The notes under the pieces are model-generated. The model ran no database searches. It was not told the origin of the DNA and saw nothing but the letters and a program-made list of their open reading frames with translations. This document shows positions 24,765 through 32,000 of a stretch of DNA of 32,000 nucleotides, piece by piece. Origin of the DNA: Candidatus Saccharimonas sp. (GTDB taxonomy: Bacteria > Patescibacteriota > Saccharimonadia > Saccharimonadales > Saccharimonadaceae); assembly GCA_015256915.3 (NCBI GenBank), contig CP076101.2, forward strand, positions 180,001 through 212,000, written 5' to 3'. Every line of letters starts with the position of its first letter. Position 1 is the stretch's first letter. A program made the translations under genes and the position numbers.

Positions 24765-25159
24765 ATATATAAAAAATTATTTCTAAATTTGCGTGTTTGT
24801 CAAAAATAGGTCTTGCGAAAAAAAATAATTCGCGGTAAACTTAAATCAGTGGCAACGACAGAAACAAACAGAAAAACCACTAAACAAAAATAAAAGCACG
24901 TTAAAATAGATGTAGTTTTTAGTTTAAGGTCAACTATCTGGTGATTAAACAGCTGGACAAATTCCAGTAACCAGGTTAAAATAATAGCTGGAGCACATTT
25001 TAAAACCTCCCAAAATAAAACTCCACCTCATATATAAGTCTCTCAAACAGCAATATGGTTGGCTATACGCCAAGCAAGAAGCTAAACTTATAATGAATCT
25101 TAAAACAAAAATATAACAAAAACAAAAAGTTTAATCATCAGTTAGGTGGCTTTAAATTT

Positions 25160-26056
25160 ATGAATTACACAGAAGAATCAGTTCACATACCAGTTTTATT
25201 GCAAGCGAGTCTGCAACAAATCCAGCCAAAGAGAGGTGAAAGTTATCTTGATCTTACGGCAGGATATGGAGGGCACGCTGGCGAATTTTTGCGTATAACC
25301 GAGAATTTCAAAAACTCGGTTTTAGTTGATAGGGATGAAAATGCAATTCGCACGCTTCAGCGGTTTAAAAATGAAGGTGTAGAGATTTTACACAAAGATT
25401 TTCTTTCGGCCGCAAAAGAATTGGTAAAAAGAGGTCAAAAATTTGATATAATTTTGGCAGATTTGGGTGTTTCTTCACCTCAGTTAGATATTGCAGAAAG
25501 GGGATTTTCTTTTCGAAAAGATGGCCCACTTGATATGCGAATGAATCCTGCGCAGAAAAAAACAGCGGCAGATATTGTGAATTTCGCAAGCAGGAATGAA
25601 CTTTTGCAAATTTTAATTGAATTTGGCGAAGAAAAGCGCGGTTTTGCTGAAAGAATCGTTTCGAAAATTTTAGAATTTCGAAAAAAGCAGAGAATTGAGA
25701 CCACAACGCAGCTGGCTGATTTAATTTTAAGCGTGCACAAAGGCGGTTGGCAGAAAACGCACCCCGCAACGCGCACTTTTCAGGCGATTCGAATCGCGGT
25801 AAATAATGAACTTCAACAAGTTGAGGAGGTTTTAAAATTACTTCCGAAACTGTTAAATTTAGGTGGAAGAGTTGGAATTATAACTTTTCACAGTCTTGAA
25901 GATAAAATAGTGAAGAATTATTTCAAAGATGATTCAAAAAAAGGTTTAGAGTCTAAATTTCAGACGATTACTAAAAAACCGCTTGATAGTGCGAAAGAAG
26001 ATGTTAATAATCCGCGAGCCCGCAGCGCAAAGTTGCGAGTAAGCATTAGAAAATAA
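25160..26056 (+). CDS. rsmH: 16S rRNA (cytosine1402-N4)-methyltransferase
   Basis: HIPVLL, DLTAGYGGHA, DLGVSSPQLD..ERGFSF...GPLDMRM, HPATRTFQAIRI.VN.EL, and ITFHSLEDKIVK are all RsmH/MraW signatures. Confidence 0.95.
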   Translation: MNYTEESVHIPVLLQASLQQIQPKRGESYLDLTAGYGGHAGEFLRITENFKNSVLVDRDENAIRTLQRFKNEGVEILHKDFLSAAKELVKRGQKFDIILADLGVSSPQLDIAERGFSFRKDGPLDMRMNPAQKKTAADIVNFASRNELLQILIEFGEEKRGFAERIVSKILEFRKKQRIETTTQLADLILSVHKGGWQKTHPATRTFQAIRIAVNNELQQVEEVLKLLPKLLNLGGRVGIITFHSLEDKIVKNYFKDDSKKGLESKFQTITKKPLDSAKEDVNNPRARSAKLRVSIRK

Positions 26057-26076
26057 AAAAAACAAAAGGAGGCGAG

Positions 26077-26142
26077 ATGCCAAAAACAATCAAAGTAAGC
26101 TACGCTAACGAACAAGCTCGCGTAAAAGTTAATTTTCGATAG
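26077..26142 (+). CDS. Possible 21-codon small ORF / leader peptide (MPKTIKVSYANEQARVKVNFR)
   Basis: Consensus SD AAGGAGG (26066-26072) lies 4 nt before the ATG. Supported only by the SD and by the terminator downstream. Confidence 0.25.
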   Translation: MPKTIKVSYANEQARVKVNFR

Positions 26143-26196
26143 TATTTGACGCTTTCGAAAAACAAAAACAAAAATTTAAAACAGAAACTAAACTTT

Positions 26197-26238
26197 AGAG
26201 CACCAGCCGAAAAACTGGTCTGGTGCTTTATTTTATTG
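26197..26238 (+). terminator. Terminator / attenuator hairpin between rsmH and ftsL
   Basis: 8-bp stem AGCACCAG/CTGGTGCT (26199-26206 with 26220-26227). The loop carries a duplicate CTGGT, which allows an alternative pairing. Followed by TTTATTTTATT. Confidence 0.6.
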
Positions 26239-26267
26239 AATATTAAATTTAACGCAACAAAAAACCA

Positions 26268-26630
26268 ATGTATAAAACAAACACAAATTATGTTAGTCGC
26301 CGTCGCCAAACACAAGTTTCGTCGCGGTCATATGGAAGAAATAACAATATCGCTATTTTTCAGCCAACAGCAAAACTTGGTGCAGTAACGCAATTTTTGA
26401 TGCTTGGTGTTTTGATTGCAGTTCTTGGAATTATCTTCTTAATGAATTCTTCTAAACCGGCACTTTATGGAAACGAAATTCAGCAAATTGATTCGAAAAT
26501 TTCAGATTTAGAAACTAAAAAAGCTGATTTAGAAGTGGAAAACGCACGACTTACAGCGCTTTCGAATATTGAAAATAGCGAAGTCGCAAAGAAAATGACA
26601 ACTCCAGCGTCAGTTTCTTACGCAAAATAA
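26268..26630 (+). CDS. ftsL: FtsL-like cell-division protein
   Basis: 120 aa: basic N-terminus, single TM helix (VTQFLMLGVLIAVLGIIFLM), then an extracellular coiled coil (IDSKISDLETKKADLEVENARL). Lies between rsmH and ftsI. Confidence 0.7.
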   Translation: MYKTNTNYVSRRRQTQVSSRSYGRNNNIAIFQPTAKLGAVTQFLMLGVLIAVLGIIFLMNSSKPALYGNEIQQIDSKISDLETKKADLEVENARLTALSNIENSEVAKKMTTPASVSYAK

Positions 26631-26663
26631 GGTTAAGCTTTTTTCGAAAAATCACAAAAAGTG

Positions 26664-26672
26664 TGATAAAAT
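26664..26672 (+). promoter_or_regulatory. Possible internal extended -10 box before ftsI
   Basis: TGaTAAAAT, 8 nt before the ATG at 26681. Overlaps a small hairpin ATCACA/TGTGAT. Confidence 0.35.
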
Positions 26673-26680
26673 AGAATTAT

Positions 26681-28423
26681 ATGATTTTAGGTTTTAAGAA
26701 TAAAAGTCGAACAGGTTATCTCGCAGTCTCAATTTTAGGGGTTTTTGCGGTAATTGTGGTTCGACTTTTTTTCTTGCAAGTTATTGAAGGTGCAGATTAT
26801 CGCGCTCGTGCTGATAAAGGTCAGAGAAAACAATTCGAAATTAAAGCTCAACGCGGTTTAATTTATGCAATGGATGGCAAAAAACTAACTAAAATGGTTT
26901 TGAATGAAACTGTCTATACGCTTTGGATTGACCCGCAGGAAATTGCAAATTCAAAAAAAGTTAAAAAAAGTGAAATTATTTCAGAGTTTAGAAAAATTGC
27001 TGGTGGAAATTTAAGAGATGATTTTGAAAAGCTTTTCGAAAAAACTAGCACGCGATATCAAGTTATTGGAACTAAACTTTCATTAAAACAGGCAAATGCA
27101 ATTCGTGAAAAGAAATTTCATGGGGTCGGATTTACTGCAGAAACTCGCCGAGTTTATCCTGAGGGAAATTTAGCTGCACAAGTTCTTGGTTTTGTAAATG
27201 ATAATGGTGGAAATTATGGCATCGAACAGGCAATGAATAAAGAATTGACGGGAACTGATGGCTATAAAAAAATTACTACCGATGCATTCAATCAGGTTAT
27301 TGAAGTTGGAAGTGAGAATATCGAAAAGCCAGCCATAAATGGAAAAAATATCGCGTTATCAATTGATCGTAATATTCAGGCTCGCGTTGAAAAGGTTTTA
27401 AAATCGCAAATGGAGTCAAAAGGTATGAAAAATGGCTCAGTTTTGGTTATGAATCCAAAAAATGGCAAAATTATGGCAATGGCAAACTATCCAACTTACA
27501 ACCCAGCAGATTATGGTAAAGTTGAAAAAAGCTCAGTATATAATAATAATACTACAACAATGGCTTATGAGAATGGCTCGGTGATAAAATCTTTCACAAT
27601 GGCAACAGGAATTAATGAAGGCGTTGCGAGTCCTTCAACTCGATATAACAATACTGATTCAATTAGAATTGAAGATATTGTAATTCAAAATGCAGTTTTG
27701 GGGCATACTGGTTCGATTACTCTTCAAACAGCCATGAATTATTCGCTCAATACTGGAATGGTGACTATTGGAAAGCTCCTTGGTGGTGGAAGTCTTAACT
27801 CAACCGCTCGGGATAAGATTTATGATTATTTCCATAATCGTTTTGGGCTTGGGCTGGACACTGGAATTGAAGTTCTTGAAAGCAAAGGTTTGCTAGTTTC
27901 ACCAAAAAAAGCTGAAGGAAATGCGGTTCGATATTCGAATATGACTTTTGGTCAAGGTATGACCACAACAATGCTTCAAACGGCAAATGCTTTTTCTTCA
28001 CTAGTGAATGGTGGAACTTTATATAAGCCAAGCCTGATTGAAGGAATAGTTGATGAAAATGGAAAGCTTTCGAAAAAAGAGCCTGAAATTAATAAAGAAG
28101 CGGTAATTTCGAAAGAAACCAGTGAACAGATGAAGCAAGTCCTGGAAGGTGTTCGAAAAGTTGGTGGTGCAAAAGATCCATCGGGTTATCAAATTGGCGG
28201 AAAAACCGGAACAAGCCAGACAATCGTTGGTGGAAAATATGTTGATTATCAGACAATTGGTAGTTATGTTGGTTTTGGTGGCGGAGATGAAGCCGAGTAT
28301 GTTATAATGGTAGCGGTTTGGGGTGAAAATCAGAATCTGCAAGGGTCGAAAGACGCCGCACCGATTTTCACCGAAATTTCAAACTGGCTATTAAATTATT
28401 TAGAGATTAAACCAAAGAATTAA
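26681..28423 (+). CDS. ftsI: Class B penicillin-binding protein (peptidoglycan D,D-transpeptidase, FtsI-type)
   Basis: N-terminal TM anchor, dimerisation domain, and transpeptidase motifs SVIKS (SxxK), SLN (SxN) and KTGTS (KTG). Confidence 0.9.
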   Translation: MILGFKNKSRTGYLAVSILGVFAVIVVRLFFLQVIEGADYRARADKGQRKQFEIKAQRGLIYAMDGKKLTKMVLNETVYTLWIDPQEIANSKKVKKSEIISEFRKIAGGNLRDDFEKLFEKTSTRYQVIGTKLSLKQANAIREKKFHGVGFTAETRRVYPEGNLAAQVLGFVNDNGGNYGIEQAMNKELTGTDGYKKITTDAFNQVIEVGSENIEKPAINGKNIALSIDRNIQARVEKVLKSQMESKGMKNGSVLVMNPKNGKIMAMANYPTYNPADYGKVEKSSVYNNNTTTMAYENGSVIKSFTMATGINEGVASPSTRYNNTDSIRIEDIVIQNAVLGHTGSITLQTAMNYSLNTGMVTIGKLLGGGSLNSTARDKIYDYFHNRFGLGLDTGIEVLESKGLLVSPKKAEGNAVRYSNMTFGQGMTTTMLQTANAFSSLVNGGTLYKPSLIEGIVDENGKLSKKEPEINKEAVISKETSEQMKQVLEGVRKVGGAKDPSGYQIGGKTGTSQTIVGGKYVDYQTIGSYVGFGGGDEAEYVIMVAVWGENQNLQGSKDAAPIFTEISNWLLNYLEIKPKN

Positions 28424-28432
28424 AGAGGGAAT

Positions 28433-29458
28433 ATGTTAAATATCACAAATCAATTAATCGTTTCTGCATTATTTAGTCTTGCTGGGTTCGTTCTAGCAAT
28501 GGCTTTAACGCCACTTTATACTTTTGTTGCTTATAAATATAAATTCTGGAAGAAGCAAAAAACAGCATCTGTTACAGGTGAAGCTTTAACTGTTGTAAAT
28601 AAACTACATGCTAAAAAAATTGCACGTAATATTCCTACTATGGCAGGAATTATTGGCGTAATTGCAGTTATTATCATTTCTGTTTTATTAAATTTGAAGC
28701 GTGAGCAAACTTGGTTGCCACTTGCTGGGCTTGCTGGTGGTGCGTTTATTGGTTTAATCGATGACATCTTAAATATTTGGGGTTCGAATCGTAAAGATGC
28801 CGGGCTCCGTGCGCCTGTTAAGTTTGCGATGATTATCTCTCTTGCTGGTTTCTTAGCGTGGTTTTTTACTTTTAAACTTCACTTTACAAGTGTTATGATT
28901 CCTTTTATTGGTAACATTGAAATTGGATACTGGATGGTTCCACTCTTTATTTTTGCGATTGTTGCAACAAGTAATGCCGTAAATATTTCTGACGGGCTTG
29001 ATGGTTTGGCGGGTGGATTATTGAGTGCTGCTTTCGGTGCTTTTGGAATTATTGCTCTCGTTCAGAATCAGCATAATTTAGCGGTATTTTGTTTTACTGT
29101 TCTTGGCGCACTACTTGCATATTTATGGTTTAATGTCTATCCTGCGCGTTTCTTTATGGGCGATGTTGGCTCTTTCGCTTGGGGAACGACTCTCGGAGTA
29201 GTTGCAATGCTTACAAATTCACTCCTTCTTCTTCCTGTAATTGGCTTAATTTTTGTGATTGAAGCTGGTTCAAGCGCGATTCAAATTTTTTCGAAAAAAG
29301 TATTTAAACGAAAAATCTTTATCTCTGCACCAATTCATCATCATCTTGAAGCTACTGGCTGGGAAGAAACTAAAATTACAATGCGTTTTTGGATTATCGG
29401 AATGGTTATGGCCTTTATTGGTGTAATTTTGGCGCTGGCAGAGCATAAAATTCTTTAA
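28433..29458 (+). CDS. mraY: Phospho-N-acetylmuramoyl-pentapeptide transferase
   Basis: 10-TM protein with NAVNISDGLDGLA, FMGDVGS and PIHHHLE motifs. Confidence 0.95.
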   Translation: MLNITNQLIVSALFSLAGFVLAMALTPLYTFVAYKYKFWKKQKTASVTGEALTVVNKLHAKKIARNIPTMAGIIGVIAVIIISVLLNLKREQTWLPLAGLAGGAFIGLIDDILNIWGSNRKDAGLRAPVKFAMIISLAGFLAWFFTFKLHFTSVMIPFIGNIEIGYWMVPLFIFAIVATSNAVNISDGLDGLAGGLLSAAFGAFGIIALVQNQHNLAVFCFTVLGALLAYLWFNVYPARFFMGDVGSFAWGTTLGVVAMLTNSLLLLPVIGLIFVIEAGSSAIQIFSKKVFKRKIFISAPIHHHLEATGWEETKITMRFWIIGMVMAFIGVILALAEHKIL

Positions 29459-29459
29459 A

Positions 29460-31028
29460 ATGGAAAGAAGGAATAGGAATTTGAGTGAACGACGGGGTTT
29501 TGAAAACTATTCATCTCGTCGTCAAGCTCGAACGCCACAAGTTCGAAATTCATCTTTTCGAAAATCACGTAACCAAAGCTTTTTAAAAAGTGATTTGAAG
29601 AATGATAATTTTTCAGCAATTTTTCAGCAATTTTTGAACGGTGATTTTGCAGGTTTTTTGGAGCGAGTTATATTTTTAATTCGTTCAATGTTTTTAATTT
29701 TCATCGTAAATCCTTGTATGAGAATTTACGAAAGTGTTAAAGCTGACAATAAAAAACGCCTCAATCTTGAAGGTTTCGAAAAAATCCGCAAGCATCGTGC
29801 AAATTATATGCTATTTCTTTTTATCTGTCTGTTGCTGCTGATTGGTTTGGTTGTAATGTTTTCATTAAGCCCACAGCGAGCAAATTCATTGAATATTGCT
29901 AAAGGTGCGAACTACGATGATTATTATTTCTTCTGGCGACATTTAATTTATATTGCGGTTGGTTTGGTTTTCTTTTTTGGAATGAAGGCAATTCCACTCA
30001 ACTGGATTTTTTCGAAATCATTACAATTCTTTATCTTTTCTCTAATTTTATGTGTAGCTCTTGCAGGTTTAGCGTTGTTTAATCTTCCTCCTGTAATTTG
30101 TGAAAATGGAGCTTGTCGCTGGTTTGGCTTTTCTGGTTTCAGTTTTCAGCAAGCTGAGTTTTTAAAGATTGGCGTGATTTTGCTTCTTTCAACTTTCCTT
30201 GGCGCTCAAGCTTCGAATGGAAAAATCAACAGTTATAAAGAAACGATTCTACCGGCTTCAGTTGTGATTATTGCGGTGCTTTTGGTGATTGCTGGTTTTC
30301 AAAAAGATCTTGGAACGGCAACGACAATTATTATCGCAATTGCATTTCAGTTTATTATTGCAGGAATGAAGTCTAAAAAATTAATTCCAATTGGTGTGTT
30401 GGTTTTGGTTGGGGTTGTTCTTCTGATTGTTTTCGAACCTCATCGAATTTCTCGAATTTTAACTTTTTCGAGTGGCGATTGTAGCAACATTTTAACTGAA
30501 AGTGGTAAAGATCAATACCATATTTGTAATGCAAAGCTCGCAATTGGCTCGGGCGGAGTTTTGGGCTTAGGGATTGGAAATTCAGTTCAATCTGCTGGCT
30601 ATTTGCCTGAAACCATTAATGACTCAATTTTTGCCGTAATGGGAGAAATGTTTGGTTTTGTCGGTTTAATTTTTATTATTGCAATTTATTTCGGGCTGTT
30701 TTATCAGCTTCTTGTAATTATTTCAAAAATGGAAAACCCCGCGAGCCGCCTTTTTGTGGCCGGTGTTGCTGGGTGGCTAGCTTCGCAAACAATTATTAAT
30801 ATTGCAGCGATGGTTGGGCTATTTCCACTTAAAGGTATTACAATTCCGTTAATTTCTTATGGTGGAACGAGTTTGGTTGTTATTTTGACAGTTCTTGGTG
30901 TTGTGTTTAATATTTCGAATTACACATCATTTACTCAAGTTGAAGATTTTAAGGAGGAAGGCAATGAAAATATTGGCAGTCGGCGGCGGGTCAGGCGGTC
31001 ACGTAGTTCCAATCGTGGCAGTTTTTAA
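29460..31028 (+). CDS. ftsW: SEDS-family peptidoglycan glycosyltransferase FtsW, with Arg-rich N- and C-terminal extensions
   Basis: Core from about aa 115 (YMLFLFICLLLLIGLVVMFSLSP...) with SEDS motifs (QQAEFLKI, KDLGTA, LPETINDSIFAVMGEMFG, PLISYGGTS). ~110-aa basic N-terminal extension. The last 65 nt overlap murG. Confidence 0.9.
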   Translation: MERRNRNLSERRGFENYSSRRQARTPQVRNSSFRKSRNQSFLKSDLKNDNFSAIFQQFLNGDFAGFLERVIFLIRSMFLIFIVNPCMRIYESVKADNKKRLNLEGFEKIRKHRANYMLFLFICLLLLIGLVVMFSLSPQRANSLNIAKGANYDDYYFFWRHLIYIAVGLVFFFGMKAIPLNWIFSKSLQFFIFSLILCVALAGLALFNLPPVICENGACRWFGFSGFSFQQAEFLKIGVILLLSTFLGAQASNGKINSYKETILPASVVIIAVLLVIAGFQKDLGTATTIIIAIAFQFIIAGMKSKKLIPIGVLVLVGVVLLIVFEPHRISRILTFSSGDCSNILTESGKDQYHICNAKLAIGSGGVLGLGIGNSVQSAGYLPETINDSIFAVMGEMFGFVGLIFIIAIYFGLFYQLLVIISKMENPASRLFVAGVAGWLASQTIINIAAMVGLFPLKGITIPLISYGGTSLVVILTVLGVVFNISNYTSFTQVEDFKEEGNENIGSRRRVRRSRSSNRGSF

Positions 31029-32000
31029 AGAAATTTTAAAGAAAAATCCAAAAGTAGAATTACATTTTTGGTGTGATAAAAAATTTGCACCACAGGCTAA
31101 AAAAATAATGACTGATTCTTTTGGTGAAAGAGTTAAAATTTCAAAAATTTCAAGTGGGAAATTTCGCCGCTACAATCACTTAACTTTTTGGCAGCATCTT
31201 ACAATTCCAAGTGTTGTTTTTGGTAATCTTATAGATATTTTTCGAAATATTGCCGGTATTTTTCAGTCTTTTTTCAAACTATTTTTTTGGCAACCAGATG
31301 TTATTTTCTGCAAAGGCGGGTTTGTTTGTGTTCCTGTTGGAATAAGCGCTTGGATTTTGAGAATTCCAATTGTAATTCATGATTCTGATGCTCACCCAGG
31401 TTTAGCTAATCGTATTATTTCAAAATTTGCTAAAAGAATTGCAACAGGCGCACCGCTCGAATTTTATAATTATCCAAAAGAAATTTCAAAATATGTTGGA
31501 ATTCCAGTACTTGAAAATTTTAAAAAATATAGCAAAAAAGAACAAGATAATTTTAAGGTTGAGCTCGGGTTTTCGAAAGATAAGCCTCTTGTTTTAGTTA
31601 CTGGTGGCGGTCTTGGTGCAGCTCGGCTTAATAATGCGGTAGTTTCGAAGGGTGAGGAACTTTCAAAATCTGCTCAAATTGTTCTAATCTCTGGCGTATC
31701 TCAATTTGATGAACTTAAGAGAAAAACTGAGGGATTTTCGAAGGATTTTTACTTGTTAAGTTTTGTATCAAAAGATATGTGGAAGTTTTTAGCTGCTGCA
31801 GATTTGGTTGTTGCTCGGGCTGGTGCAACTTCCAACCTTGAACTTGCCGCGCTTCACAAGCCAACAATCCTTGTTCCAAATGCAAGATTAACGGGCGGGC
31901 ATCAATTAAAAAATGCGCAGGTTTATCAAAAATCTAATGCTGTTAAGATTGTTTCTGACGATGAAATTGAAAAAAATCCAGAAATTCTTTCAGATGAAAT
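30964..32000 (+). CDS. murG: Lipid II synthase MurG (undecaprenyl-PP-MurNAc-pentapeptide GlcNAc transferase); 3' end outside the window
   Basis: Absent from the ORF track because no stop lies in the window. I translated frame 1 from ATG 30964 (SD AAGGAGG just upstream): MKILAVGGGSGGHVVPIVAV..., later TGGGLGA and ARAGATSNLELAA, with no stop up to base 32000. Confidence 0.9.
   Translation, partial: MKILAVGGGSGGHVVPIVAVFKEILKKNPKVELHFWCDKKFAPQAKKIMTDSFGERVKISKISSGKFRRYNHLTFWQHLTIPSVVFGNLIDIFRNIAGIFQSFFKLFFWQPDVIFCKGGFVCVPVGISAWILRIPIVIHDSDAHPGLANRIISKFAKRIATGAPLEFYNYPKEISKYVGIPVLENFKKYSKKEQDNFKVELGFSKDKPLVLVTGGGLGAARLNNAVVSKGEELSKSAQIVLISGVSQFDELKRKTEGFSKDFYLLSFVSKDMWKFLAAADLVVARAGATSNLELAALHKPTILVPNARLTGGHQLKNAQVYQKSNAVKIVSDDEIEKNPEILSDE

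Noticed and set aside
24678-25159. A possible mraZ gene or pseudogene upstream of rsmH.
   Set aside because: No ORF of 60 aa or more exists on either strand. I could not find a DxKGR-type SpoVT/AbrB repeat in any frame by eye. Treated as non-coding.
26100-26388. ORFs 26100-26315(-) and 26146-26388(+) in the rsmH-ftsL gap.
   Set aside because: They run through the terminator hairpin and into ftsL in another frame. They have no SD and low-complexity translations.
464-28767. Antisense or alternative-frame ORFs nested inside longer genes. Examples: 464-754(-), 1119-1331, 1225-1557(-), 1449-1664, 1852-2241(-), 2451-2831, 2928-3284, 3061-3261(-), 4438-4912(-), 5325-6405 set, 7981-8184, 8635-9082(-), 9355-9682(-), 11778-12088, 13716-13991(-), 14305-14532(-), 15079-15357, 15396-15918, 16035-16253(-), 17528-17962(-), 19423-20023 set, 21055-21252(-), 21811-22648 set, 23386-23944 set, 25365-25776(-), 27795-28342(-), 28531-28767(-).
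   Set aside because: Each lies wholly inside a longer ORF that carries clear family motifs. Their translations are low-complexity or Leu/Ser/Lys/Phe-rich, as expected for off-frame reading of AT-rich coding DNA. None has its own promoter, SD or terminator.
1-32000. Transposases, integrases, prophage genes, rRNA operons and CRISPR-Cas.
   Set aside because: No ORF shows DDE, tyrosine/serine recombinase, capsid/terminase or Cas motifs. No rRNA-like conserved stretches or regularly spaced repeats were seen.

Overview
Low-GC window (about one third G+C by eye), tightly packed, coding almost entirely on the plus strand. It looks like a reduced-genome monoderm bacterium. My inference is Patescibacteria/CPR, Saccharibacteria-like, which I cannot verify without a search. 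The genetic code is standard: TGA terminates murD and the histidine kinase, and an intact RF2 gene is present. Recognisable housekeeping content: murD, mscL, prfB, tRNA-Phe(GAA), a sensor-less histidine kinase plus receiver-only regulator coupled to recO, glyQS, a TrmH/SpoU methyltransferase, a CYTH-fold protein, ftsE-ftsX followed by a coiled-coil/CHAP hydrolase (PcsB-like) and an S41 C-terminal protease, a second orphan receiver, rpmA preceded by a Trm11/UPF0020-like methyltransferase (minus strand), and a trimmed division/cell-wall cluster rsmH-ftsL-ftsI-mraY-ftsW-murG that lacks mraZ, murE, murF and murD. Accessory content: a DUF2207-like protein, an 842-aa multi-pass membrane protein with a secreted Cys-module head and a long low-complexity tail, a sortase-type surface protein with an APNTG sorting signal, a chimeric protein carrying the same sorting signal at its N-terminus, an AT-rich 0.7-kb insert with an 80-aa ORF, a lysine-rich membrane-anchored small protein, and a self-contained two-gene cassette (uncharacterised 358-aa protein plus Pif1-family helicase). 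That cassette is my best candidate for an undescribed defence-type system. Window-wide signals: strong over-representation of the palindrome TTCGAA/TTTCGAAA in every frame and between genes, and a promoter architecture in which an extended -10 box sits 6-9 nt before the start codon of many genes (leaderless mRNAs). No rRNA, CRISPR array, transposase or integrase was seen. All family assignments come from motif recognition by eye; no database search was possible.
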